Origin: a bacterium
Lineage (GTDB): Bacteria; SAR324; XYD2-FULL-50-16; G965216635
DNA length: 64,000 nt
Assembly (NCBI GenBank): GCA_965216635.1
Contig: OZ244188.1
Location: 1,824,001 to 1,888,000 of the forward strand
Reading direction: 5' to 3'
In this document: positions 50,491-59,725 of the stretch, piece by piece
Position numbering within the stretch: position 1 is the first letter of the stretch
Layout: the number at the start of each line of letters is the position of its first letter
Notes under the pieces: model-generated
The model's database searches: none
Told to the model about the DNA's origin: nothing
Seen by the model: the letters and a program-made list of their open reading frames with translations, nothing else
Position numbers and translations under genes: made by a program

Positions 50491-52605
50491 ATGGATAGCA
50501 TTCAAGAAATATTAAAAGACAGCAATCACAATCTTTCTTTGTTTAGAGAAGAAGAGATCACAGCTTTAAGAGAAAAAGTATTTTCCAAAGAAACAAAGGG
50601 TAAAGAAACTCCATTTGTAAAGTGCATTATTCGGGATAAAGATATTCAATTAAAGCCCGAAGAAATTGTGCGTCAACTTTACGCAACAAGACTTCTCCAA
50701 GATTACGACTACCCCAAAAAAAGACTGGCTTTTGAATATCCCATCACTTTTGGTAGAGAAAAAAAACTTGCTGATATTGTTATTTTTGATAAAGACCGAC
50801 CAGATACTCCCTATATTATTATTGAGCTAAAAAAACCCAAGCTAAAAGATGGCAAGGAGCAGCTGAAAAGTTATACCAACGCTACAGGAGCACCGATTGG
50901 TGTATGGACAAACGGCAAACAAATTTCTCATTACAACCGCAAAGACCCAAATTATTTTGAAGATATTATCAATATTCCAAAAGCAGAACAAAATCTCGCT
51001 GATATACTTCAAGAGCGTTTTACTCTTAAAGATTTGATTATCAAAGATAAAATTGCCAATGAAAGAAAATCTTTAAAAGATATTATAGAGGAAATGGAAG
51101 ACGAAGTTTTGGCGAACGCTGGAGTAGATGTTTTTGAGGAAGTTTTTAAACTTATTTTCACCAAACTTTACGATGAATTTTTAAGCCAAAACGATAAAAC
51201 TATTATCAACTATCATTTGCGATCTGTGACAAAAACTGCGGTGCACGAGCCCACGAACCAATACGGTAAAACTCCCAATTATCTCGGTGCTCAAGATTAC
51301 GAAAAACTCAAAGAAGCAGTAAAAGGGGTAGGCGATGAAGGTTTTCGTACAATGGAATTTAGAAACACTGGACAAACAGACACAGAACTAAAAAACAAAA
51401 TCCAAAAACTTTTTAACAATGCCAAAAAACAGTGGGCTGGTGTATTTCCAGAAGAAACAAAATTTGAACTTACCGACAGTCATTTGTCGGTCTGTGTTTC
51501 TAGCCTGCAAGATATAAAACTATTTAATTCTAATTTGCTAGTAGTGGACGAAGCTTTTGAATACCTAGTCAGCAAATCTGCAAAAGGAGAAAAAGGTCAA
51601 TACTTTACTCCTCGTCATGTAATAGATATGTGTGTTCAAATGCTCAACCCCAAACGAGGAGAATATATGATTGATACTGCTTCTGGTAGTTGCGGTTTTC
51701 CAGTGCATACTATTTTTAAACTTACAGGGCATCTTTTTACCAACGAAGGAATACCAGAAGCAGATAAACAAGAAGTTTTAAAAGTATTCGGGATTGATTT
51801 TGATGAAAAAGCAGTGCGTGTAGCTAGAACTCTAAATTTAATTGCTGGCGACGGAGAAACTAATGTCCTGCATTTAAACACACTGGATTTTAATCAGTGG
51901 GTTGATAAAACGGGAGACGAAGAAAAAAATATAAAAGCCGACCAAAAATGGACAAAAACCTACGGCAAGGGTTTTGAAAGACTAGAAAAATTGAGAGCAG
52001 AAAAAGGAGAAAATAAGCAATTTAACTTTGATATTTTAATGGCAAATCCGCCTTTTGCTGGAGATATTAAAGAAAGCCGTATTTTACACCAATACGATCT
52101 AGGTTTTAAAGGTAATGGAAAATCACAAAGCAAAGTAGGTAGAGATATTTTATTTATAGAAAGAAATTTGGATTTTCTAAAACCTGGGGGCAGAATGGCA
52201 ATCGTCTTGCCACAAGGAAGATTTAACAACACTTCGGACAAATACATTCGTGATTTTATTGCAGAACGAGGCAGAATTTTAGCAATAATTGGTTTGCACG
52301 GCAACACTTTCAAGCCTCACACTGGAACGAAAACCAGCGTTTTATTTGTGCAAAAATGGGACGATAAACTCTGTCCTAAAATAAAAGATTATCCCATATT
52401 TTTTGCAGTATCCGAAAAAGGGGGCAAAGACAATTCTGGAGATTATACCTATCTCAAAATGGAGAGCGGACAAGATAAACTAGATAAAAACGGACACCTG
52501 ATTGTAGAACAGGATTTGCACAACCACGGCGGAGAATTGCCCGATGGAATCGCAGAGGCTTTTTCTCAATTTGCCAAAAGTGAAAATTTAAGTTTTTGGG
52601 AATAA
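50491..52605 (+). CDS. Fused HsdR_N-type endonuclease and N6-adenine methyltransferase (type IIB/type I-like RM subunit)
   Basis: PEEIVRQ, ADIVIF, IIELKK, GQYFTPR, DTASGSCGF, NPPF. Confidence 0.9.
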   Translation: MDSIQEILKDSNHNLSLFREEEITALREKVFSKETKGKETPFVKCIIRDKDIQLKPEEIVRQLYATRLLQDYDYPKKRLAFEYPITFGREKKLADIVIFDKDRPDTPYIIIELKKPKLKDGKEQLKSYTNATGAPIGVWTNGKQISHYNRKDPNYFEDIINIPKAEQNLADILQERFTLKDLIIKDKIANERKSLKDIIEEMEDEVLANAGVDVFEEVFKLIFTKLYDEFLSQNDKTIINYHLRSVTKTAVHEPTNQYGKTPNYLGAQDYEKLKEAVKGVGDEGFRTMEFRNTGQTDTELKNKIQKLFNNAKKQWAGVFPEETKFELTDSHLSVCVSSLQDIKLFNSNLLVVDEAFEYLVSKSAKGEKGQYFTPRHVIDMCVQMLNPKRGEYMIDTASGSCGFPVHTIFKLTGHLFTNEGIPEADKQEVLKVFGIDFDEKAVRVARTLNLIAGDGETNVLHLNTLDFNQWVDKTGDEEKNIKADQKWTKTYGKGFERLEKLRAEKGENKQFNFDILMANPPFAGDIKESRILHQYDLGFKGNGKSQSKVGRDILFIERNLDFLKPGGRMAIVLPQGRFNNTSDKYIRDFIAERGRILAIIGLHGNTFKPHTGTKTSVLFVQKWDDKLCPKIKDYPIFFAVSEKGGKDNSGDYTYLKMESGQDKLDKNGHLIVEQDLHNHGGELPDGIAEAFSQFAKSENLSFWE

Positions 52606-52609
52606 TATT

Positions 52610-52789
52610 ATGTGGAATAATTTTTCTAAAATAGTTAAAAATCTCCTTTTATTAAAAGAAAACTCAGAAGAAATATCTAATCTAAAAAAAGAAATTGTAT
52701 CTTTAAAGATAAAACAAGCTTCTTTTGAGACTTTCCAAAGGATATTTGAAAACAGTTTGGAAATCAAAATAACAAAAAACAAAAAATGA
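52610..52789 (+). CDS. Small coiled-coil hypothetical protein (59 aa)
   Basis: MWNNFSKIVKNLLLLKENSEEISNLKKEI...; ATGA overlap with the next gene; below the ORF-track cutoff. Confidence 0.5.
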   Translation: MWNNFSKIVKNLLLLKENSEEISNLKKEIVSLKIKQASFETFQRIFENSLEIKITKNKK

Positions 52790-53070
52790 ACCTAACAATT
52801 AAAGAATACGGAGATCTAAAAACTATTAAAGAAAAAATGCAAAATAATAAGGCAAACAGTAAAGAAATGCAAAATTTTTTAAATTTACTTATTAAAAGCA
52901 GTAATGCATCTAAAATAGAGATTGACAGATATATTGAAAATATTGGTTTTTCTTCATTAGATGGATTTAAAAAACGATTGAGTGACAAAAAAAATGATGA
53001 AGATTTTGTTAAAGGTTTGGCTATTATAGGCGGGGGAATATTGCTTGCGTGGTTATTAAATAGAAAGTAA
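52786..53070 (+). CDS. Hypothetical protein with a C-terminal TM helix
   Basis: GLAIIGGGILLAWLL at the C-terminus. Confidence 0.65.
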   Translation: MNLTIKEYGDLKTIKEKMQNNKANSKEMQNFLNLLIKSSNASKIEIDRYIENIGFSSLDGFKKRLSDKKNDEDFVKGLAIIGGGILLAWLLNRK

Positions 53071-53146
53071 ACATAACTTATAAAATTTGAGTGTAACGGT
53101 ATTAAGTTTTTGGAGATAAAGGATAAAACTAGAAAAATAAAAAATT

Positions 53147-53821
53147 ATGAGACATTCAAAAACAGTATCTTTAGACTGTCCTCACTGTGAAACAAAATGC
53201 CAGTTTTTACAAATTGATGCTAGCCATAGCTTTTGTGTCAAGGACAATTTGCACCATATTTCTTATCTTTGCACTAATTGTCAGGGTCTAATTGCTACAA
53301 AATGGAGTTCTACGAGTGAAATTTTACAGTTTTTTCAAAGTGCAAACAATTACAAACAACAATTAGATTCTTATTCTCCGCCTGTAGGAGATTGGCAAGC
53401 TAGAGTAGACTTATCTTTAATTACAAATAATGAAGTAAAAGAAGATTTTGAGGAAGCTATAAATTGCTACAATAGCGGATTTTACAATGCTTGTATGATA
53501 TTGGCACGGCGTGCCATTCAACAAGAGATGCTAATAAAAGTAGCTAAAGGAAATAATTTATACCAACAAATTGAATCTCTTGGAATATCAACAAAATTGA
53601 AAACCTTGCTACACAAAGTAAAAAATTTTGGCAACTATGGTGCTCATCCTGATTTTTGTTTATACGATGAAGACAAAAATAAAATCACAGACCCTAAAGG
53701 CTTTGCAAAATTGAGTTTAGAATTTTTGGATAGATATTTTGCTGATGAATATGAAATAGATTCTCTAATAGACACAGCGCCAAAAAGTGAAAAAGAATTA
53801 GAAAAACAAGAAAAAAAATAA
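53147..53821 (+). CDS. Zinc-ribbon plus DUF4145 (HEPN-like) protein
   Basis: CPHC/CTNC; EA..C...G.YNAC.IL.RRA.Q; GNYGAH. Confidence 0.8.
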   Translation: MRHSKTVSLDCPHCETKCQFLQIDASHSFCVKDNLHHISYLCTNCQGLIATKWSSTSEILQFFQSANNYKQQLDSYSPPVGDWQARVDLSLITNNEVKEDFEEAINCYNSGFYNACMILARRAIQQEMLIKVAKGNNLYQQIESLGISTKLKTLLHKVKNFGNYGAHPDFCLYDEDKNKITDPKGFAKLSLEFLDRYFADEYEIDSLIDTAPKSEKELEKQEKK

Positions 53822-53823
53822 AA

Positions 53824-55251
53824 GTGCAGTATTCTATAATTAAGTTGTCTGAGTGCTCAAAATATGATTTTGGACATTTCCTTTTTTCTCCTGAATTTTT
53901 TCTAAATGATAAAATTACTTGTTGGAAAACATTAGAAAAACAATCTCAAAATAAACTGAACGAATACTATTGGCACATAAAAAACATTGTTAACAAAATT
54001 TATCAACAAAGTATTTGTTATGATTTAACCGATGGGATACCAAAATTTTTTGATAATGGAACTGTAGTAGAGAATATTGGAAGCACAAAGAAAATTGCTC
54101 AAAAAGATGATTTTTTGATTTCAAGGATGCGTTCTTATTTAGAAGAAATGGGAATCGTAGAAGAAAGAAAAAAAGAGCAATTATTTTCAACAGAATTTTT
54201 AGTTTTTAGAGCAAAAAATAATAATATTTCCACCCATACTTTATTTGCTTTATGTATGACAAAATTTGTCCAAACAATTCTCAAGCGAGGACAATATGGA
54301 ACTGAACACCCTAGATTCTATGAATTTTTACTAACAAATTTACCAATTCCAACTTGTTTATTTTCTATTGATAAAAGTATTAAAAAAATAATAGGAAAAG
54401 CATTAGAAATCAGAATTTTCTCAAGAGAACTTTACCAAGAAGCAGAAAAAATTCTTTTAGCAGAACTTGGATTGGCAAATTGGAAAGCGAAACACCGTCT
54501 CTGGTTTGTTGCAAATTATTCCGATACTCAAGAAGCAGAGCGGATAGACGCAGAGTATTTTCAGCCAAAATACGATGAGATTATAGACGCCATAAAAAGC
54601 TATTCTGGCGGTTGGGATACTCTAGGAAATATAGTTTCAGTAAATGATAAGAATTTTAAACCAAAAGATGAAAAAAAATACAGATATATTGAACTTTCTA
54701 ATATAGGCGGCAATGGTGAAATTACTAATATTACAACAGAAGAAGGACAATATCTTCCTACTAGAGCAAGGCGTATAGTTTTAAATGGAAATATTATTGT
54801 TTCATCTATTGAAGGTTCTCTATCAAGTATTGCCTTAATTGAAAAAGAATATGACAATGCTCTTTGTTCTACAGGCTTTTTTGTTATCAATTCAGAGTTT
54901 TTAAATTCAAAAATTTTATTAGTGTTGCTTAAAAGTATTGTTGGACAATTACAACTTAAAAAAGGCTGTAAAGGAACTATTCTTACTGCAATAAGTAAAG
55001 ATGAACTTAATAAGATAATTTTACCAAAAATTTCTAAAGAAACCCAAACCAAAATTCAACAAAAAATAGAAGAGTCTTTTAGGTTAAGAAAACAATCCAA
55101 ACAATTGCTAGAGAACGCCAAAAGGACAGTGGAGATAGCCATTGAAAAAGACGAGAAAACCGCGACTCAATGGTTAGAGAAAACCGCGACTCAATGGTTA
55201 GAGAAAACCGCAACTCAATGGCTAGAAAAAAACACAAAAGAAATCTATTAA
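53824..55251 (+). CDS. Restriction-modification specificity (S) subunit
   Basis: Two TRD-like halves (FSTEF.V, CSTGF.V), RIDAEYFQPKY and helical connectors. Confidence 0.85.
   Translation: MQYSIIKLSECSKYDFGHFLFSPEFFLNDKITCWKTLEKQSQNKLNEYYWHIKNIVNKIYQQSICYDLTDGIPKFFDNGTVVENIGSTKKIAQKDDFLISRMRSYLEEMGIVEERKKEQLFSTEFLVFRAKNNNISTHTLFALCMTKFVQTILKRGQYGTEHPRFYEFLLTNLPIPTCLFSIDKSIKKIIGKALEIRIFSRELYQEAEKILLAELGLANWKAKHRLWFVANYSDTQEAERIDAEYFQPKYDEIIDAIKSYSGGWDTLGNIVSVNDKNFKPKDEKKYRYIELSNIGGNGEITNITTEEGQYLPTRARRIVLNGNIIVSSIEGSLSSIALIEKEYDNALCSTGFFVINSEFLNSKILLVLLKSIVGQLQLKKGCKGTILTAISKDELNKIILPKISKETQTKIQQKIEESFRLRKQSKQLLENAKRTVEIAIEKDEKTATQWLEKTATQWLEKTATQWLEKNTKEIY
55153..55224 (+). repeat. 24-bp x3 tandem repeat (EKTATQWL) in the S-subunit C-terminus
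   Basis: gagaaaaccgcgactcaatggtta, three copies. Confidence 0.92.
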
Positions 55252-55392
55252 AATCCTTTTCCTATTTCTAGAAATAATTTCTAAAAAAATTACAAAATAA
55301 AAATAATAATTTGCTTGTATGAATTTTTTCTGCTTTGGTATAAACACTTACTCATAAGATTGTTTGAATTTTAGCAATCCAATCTTAAAACT

Positions 55393-56463
55393 ATGAAAAA
55401 CACAAACCCTGTTTTGGCATCTACTTGCACTATGAATAAATTTACTAAAAAAGCATTTATTTTTATCCTACTTTTTTTAATAATACCGAAAATATTTGCA
55501 AAAAATTTTACTTTTACTATTCACCATTTTTTAGGCACAAGCTCGCATACCCATAAAAAAATGATTGTGCCTTGGGCAAAAAAAATCACCAAAGAATCCA
55601 AAGGAAGAATAAAGTTTGAAATTTTTCCAGCTATGTCTTTGGGCGGAAAACCCAATGAATTATACAAACAGGTGCGAGATGGTGTAGTAGATATTGTTTG
55701 GACTTTACCCGGCTATACGGCTGGAGTTTTTCCTAGAGTGGAGGCTTTTGAATTGGCAGGAGTTCATCTAGGAAGTGCAAGAGTTACTAATTTGGCGTTG
55801 CAAGATACGATGGAGTTTATCAAGGAAGATTTCAAAGCTATCCATCCTCTACTTATTCATACTCATTCTGGCAATGCTCTTCATCTGGTAAGTAGAAAAG
55901 TTACAAAAATAGACGACTTAAAAGGATTAAAACTCCGCACTCCTTCTCGCTCTGGTGCTTGGTTGATAGAAAGTTGGGGCGCTGAGCCTGTAGGAATGCC
56001 CGTGCCTGCACTTCCTCAAGCCCTCTCTAAAAAAGTGATTGGTGGAGCTTTGATTCCTTTTGAAATTGCGATTAGTCTCAAGATAGCAGATTTAACGAGT
56101 TCTTCGGTGGAGCTAGCTAATGGAGAGAGATTTGGCACTTCGGTTTTTCTTTTTGCGATGAATAAAAAAAGTTATAACTCACTTCCAGCCGATCTAAAAA
56201 AAATAATAGATAAAAATTCAGGTAGAGATTTTGCAGAAAAAATGGGAAAATCTTGGGATGAAATAGAATTGCTCGGCAAAGATATAGCCAGAAAAAAAGG
56301 CAACCCAGTAATAGAACTATCGGTAAAAGAATCCAAAAAATTCATTCTAAACAATAAAAAAATTACTGCTAGATGGGTTAAGGAAGTAGCTAAAAAAAAT
56401 ATTGACGGCAGAAAAATTTTACAAGCAGCAAAAAAAGCAGTAGTAGGGCATTCTAAAAAATGA
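55393..56463 (+). CDS. dctP: TRAP transporter substrate-binding protein
   Basis: SKGRIKFEIFP..SLG, DLKGLKLR, signal peptide. Confidence 0.9.
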   Translation: MKNTNPVLASTCTMNKFTKKAFIFILLFLIIPKIFAKNFTFTIHHFLGTSSHTHKKMIVPWAKKITKESKGRIKFEIFPAMSLGGKPNELYKQVRDGVVDIVWTLPGYTAGVFPRVEAFELAGVHLGSARVTNLALQDTMEFIKEDFKAIHPLLIHTHSGNALHLVSRKVTKIDDLKGLKLRTPSRSGAWLIESWGAEPVGMPVPALPQALSKKVIGGALIPFEIAISLKIADLTSSSVELANGERFGTSVFLFAMNKKSYNSLPADLKKIIDKNSGRDFAEKMGKSWDEIELLGKDIARKKGNPVIELSVKESKKFILNNKKITARWVKEVAKKNIDGRKILQAAKKAVVGHSKK

Positions 56464-56957
56464 AAGTTAGCTTTGAAAAACTTGTCTTATTCTGGTGTCT
56501 TTTATCAGGAGCTTTGCTTTTTTTTATAGTCTTTCTTACCACTCTCAACATTTTCGGATTTACACTCCATTTTATTGCAAGATTTTTTGGCGGCTCTTTT
56601 CCCGCTATTGCAGGCTACGAGGAAATCGTCACCGTTTTCACAGGGCTTGCTGTTTTGGGTATGTTTCCTTACGGTCAATTAAAAAAGGGACATATAGCCG
56701 TAGATTTTTTTATGGAAAAAACACACCCGAGATTTCAAATGATTGTAGGATGTATTTCCGATACTCTACTCTGCGGGGTAGCTATTTTGCTGTCTGTGAT
56801 GATGTTTTATGGAATGCTAGAAGCTAGAGCCGATGGCTTGACTACGCCTGTTGTGGGTTGGCAAATTTGGTATTTTTATCTAGGGGGATTTATTTCTTGC
56901 TTGTTGTGGTTTCTTACTACTTTGCTTCCTTTTTTTTCAAAAGACGAGTTTAGATAA
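56460..56957 (+). CDS. dctQ: TRAP transporter small permease
   Basis: Four TM helices; GHIAVDF. Confidence 0.88.
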   Translation: MKVSFEKLVLFWCLLSGALLFFIVFLTTLNIFGFTLHFIARFFGGSFPAIAGYEEIVTVFTGLAVLGMFPYGQLKKGHIAVDFFMEKTHPRFQMIVGCISDTLLCGVAILLSVMMFYGMLEARADGLTTPVVGWQIWYFYLGGFISCLLWFLTTLLPFFSKDEFR

Positions 56958-56961
56958 AACA

Positions 56962-58347
56962 ATGGATATTCGTGAATGGATTGGAGTAGGTGGCATAGGA
57001 TTTTTGTTTTTATTACTTGCTCTTCGCATTCCTGTAGCTCTCGCTATGTTTCTGGTTGCTGTGGCTGGCTCTTTTATTTTGAGCTTAGCTACTCCTTTCT
57101 TAAGATTTGATGCTTACCTTTTGCAATTTCAATCTGCCTTTTGGAACTCTGTAGCCTCTTACGAATTATCGGTTTTACCTCTTTTTATTTTGATGGGATT
57201 TTTGGCGAGTGAATCGGAATTGAGCCGTCATCTTTTTCAAGGAATGCAAGCACTTGTAGGTAGATTTAAAGGAGGAGTAGCTTTAGCTGTAATTGGAGCC
57301 TGTGCTAGTTTCGGGGCAGTGAGTGGTTCGTCCGTTGCTACGGCTAGCACTATGAGTAAAATCTCTCTGCCAGAACTGAAAAAATTAAATTACGATGAGA
57401 GTTTTTCTACTGGTATATTAGCTGCTGGTGGCACTCTCGGTATTCTCATTCCTCCTTCCATTGTGCTAGTCGTTTATGCGGTAGTGGTAGAATCTTCCAT
57501 TATAGAAATGTTTCAAGCAGCCATTTTACCCGCCTTACTAGCAGTTGTTTTTTTTGCGGCAACCATTTTATTTTTAGTTTTTAAAAATCCTGCTCTCGCT
57601 CCGCAAACTGCAAAACTTTCTAAAAAAGAAAAGAAACAAAAAATTTTGCGGTTGTTTCCTGTACTTATTATTTTTGGAATCATAATTTTAGGACTAGGTT
57701 TAGGGTTTTTTACTCCCACACCCGCAGCCTCCGCGGGGGTTTTTCTTATTTTTTGCTATGGCTTGGTTTTAAAATACAAAGGGGACTATGGCTTAAATTG
57801 GAGTGGAATCAAAAATGCTATAAAACAAACTGCTAAAACTACGGCTATGATTTATTTTATTTTATTTGCTGCAGATATTATCAAAGGATTTTTTTCGCGA
57901 TCAGGTTTGCCGAGCCTTTTGATAGAGCTATTGCAAAACAGCGACTGGAATCCTTATCTGGTGCTGGTTTTGATGTTGGCTATTTTGATACTACTTGGTT
58001 TTTTTATGGAATCACTATCCATGATTTTAGTTTTTATCCCTTTCTTTTTACCTATTTTAATAGAATTGAACGGAGGCGAATATGTAGAACCTGCGACCGC
58101 TTTTTTTGGTATGAACACAGATAACCTGAAAATATGGTTTGGAATTTTGGCTTTAGTCGTTGTTGAATTAGGATTAATTACACCTCCAGTGGGGCTCAAT
58201 GTTTTTGTGATTAAAAGTTTTTCTCCTAATACACCTACCAAAAGTATTTTTCTAGGTGTGATGCCTTTTTTCTGTGTAGAAATTTTACGAGTTTTATTAC
58301 TACTAGCAATACCCGCCCTTTGTCTTTTTCTGCCTCGTATTTTATAA
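56962..58347 (+). CDS. dctM: TRAP transporter large permease
   Basis: GSSVATA, GTLGILIPPS, ITPPVGLNVF. Confidence 0.92.
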   Translation: MDIREWIGVGGIGFLFLLLALRIPVALAMFLVAVAGSFILSLATPFLRFDAYLLQFQSAFWNSVASYELSVLPLFILMGFLASESELSRHLFQGMQALVGRFKGGVALAVIGACASFGAVSGSSVATASTMSKISLPELKKLNYDESFSTGILAAGGTLGILIPPSIVLVVYAVVVESSIIEMFQAAILPALLAVVFFAATILFLVFKNPALAPQTAKLSKKEKKQKILRLFPVLIIFGIIILGLGLGFFTPTPAASAGVFLIFCYGLVLKYKGDYGLNWSGIKNAIKQTAKTTAMIYFILFAADIIKGFFSRSGLPSLLIELLQNSDWNPYLVLVLMLAILILLGFFMESLSMILVFIPFFLPILIELNGGEYVEPATAFFGMNTDNLKIWFGILALVVVELGLITPPVGLNVFVIKSFSPNTPTKSIFLGVMPFFCVEILRVLLLLAIPALCLFLPRIL

Positions 58348-58436
58348 TAATTTTTTTTTGTTTGTAGTTTTCTTGCTTTTTTGATATTGCTAGCATTTAG
58401 ATTGATTATAGATATTTTTAAATTAATCAAAAAATT

Positions 58437-58538
58437 ATGAGTACTCTATTTATTATTTTTATAGTCGCTTTTTGTAGTATTATACTTCCCTTTGGATATG
58501 TTGCTTTTTTCTTTGACACTAACAAAAAAAAAAAGTAA
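58437..58538 (+). CDS. Possible 33-aa single-TM small protein
   Basis: MSTLFIIFIVAFCSIILPFGYVAFFFDTNKKKK*. Confidence 0.3.
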   Translation: MSTLFIIFIVAFCSIILPFGYVAFFFDTNKKKK

Positions 58539-58580
58539 CTAAACCCAAATTGCCGGAATAGATGTCACTTGAAATTAAAA

Positions 58581-58752
58581 TAAACCTTTGAATTTCGCTG
58601 CTGTGACGGCTAGCCAAATGGTTAGAACAGGTGCGAAAAAAATTTTTAGCTCGCTGGAATACTGAAGAGCATTTCTTTACAAATGGCAAGAGTTAAAAAT
58701 TTTTTCAACTTTTTTCTGCATAGGCTAAACAGAACGCAAATTCAAAAGTCTA
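58581..58752. mobile_element. Palindromic MITE-like element
   Basis: TIRs taaacctttgaattt / aaattcaaaagtcta; the 5' ~90 bp is nearly identical to the 46238 copy. Confidence 0.8.
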
Positions 58753-58863
58753 GTAATTTTTTTTGTGGATAGCCTTTATTTTCCGCTACTACTAATTGCA
58801 AATTCTTGACATTAAAAGAAAATTTTGTTAAATTGAATTTTTACAAACCAACCCTTAAAAAAA

Positions 58864-59094
58864 ATGAAAAAAAAACTACAGGGTAAAACTTCTAAAGTTG
58901 TATCTTCTCGCACTAAAATTTCTAAACATAAATCTTGCGGAGTAATTTCTAACCATGGATATTGCGGAGGAATTTCTAAACCTGCAACTCCTCGCACTAG
59001 AGAAATTATGGATTACCCATTTAAGGGTACTATCAGCGAAGCTAGAATCAAAAAGGCTGTTAAAGCAGTTATTGCGGCTAGAACTAATAAATAA
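58864..59094 (+). CDS. Small basic hypothetical protein
   Basis: 76 aa, ends immediately before the next ATG; C-terminal amphipathic helix. Confidence 0.5.
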   Translation: MKKKLQGKTSKVVSSRTKISKHKSCGVISNHGYCGGISKPATPRTREIMDYPFKGTISEARIKKAVKAVIAARTNK

Positions 59095-59711
59095 TGAAAG
59101 GAATTTACAGTCGCAATATTTTCATCAACTGTCCTTTTGATGAAGAATATAAGCCTATCCACGATGCCATTGTTTTTACTATTTTTGATTGCGGATTTAT
59201 ACCAAGAAGTGCTTTTGAAGAGAATGATTCGGGAAATGTTCGGCTTGAAAAAATTATAAAAATTATTGCGGAATCTAAATTTGGGATACACGATATATCA
59301 AGAACAGAAATAGATAAAAGCACTCAACTACCAAGATTTAATATGCCTTTTGAATTAGGGTTGTTTTTAGGTGCTAAAAAATTGGGTGAGAAAGGGCAAA
59401 GAAGCAAAAAAATTCTGATTTTAGATAAAGAAAAATACCGTTATCAAAAGTTTATTTCGGATATAGCAGGTCAAGATATAGAAGCGCACAAAGGAGACTC
59501 TGAAGTGGTAATATCAAAAATAAGAAATTGGTTAAATAATACTGTCAACAGAACTATTCCAGGAGGCAACTCAATTTATAGCAGATACCAAACATTTCAA
59601 AAAGAACTACCTGATCTTTGCAAGGAACTAAATTTAGAGGTTAATGAAATATTCTATAAAGACTATTGTAAATTGATTAAAAATTGGCTTAAAGCAGTAA
59701 GTCAAGAATAG
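59094..59711 (+). CDS. TIR/nucleoside-deoxyribosyltransferase-like fold protein
   Basis: IFINCPFD, RLEKI...I..SKFGIHDIS, PRFNMPFELG, SDIAGQDI. Confidence 0.6.
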   Translation: MKGIYSRNIFINCPFDEEYKPIHDAIVFTIFDCGFIPRSAFEENDSGNVRLEKIIKIIAESKFGIHDISRTEIDKSTQLPRFNMPFELGLFLGAKKLGEKGQRSKKILILDKEKYRYQKFISDIAGQDIEAHKGDSEVVISKIRNWLNNTVNRTIPGGNSIYSRYQTFQKELPDLCKELNLEVNEIFYKDYCKLIKNWLKAVSQE

Positions 59712-59725
59712 TATTATCTCATAGC

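Larger units (their letters stand above)
47985..55337 (+). repeat. Shared cassette-end repeats around two RM modules
   Basis: A: 47985-48029 matches 50437-50482 (ttttactttactataaacaaactgttaaacttataaaaaaaaaac). B: ~50364-50440 matches ~55259-55330. Confidence 0.85.
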
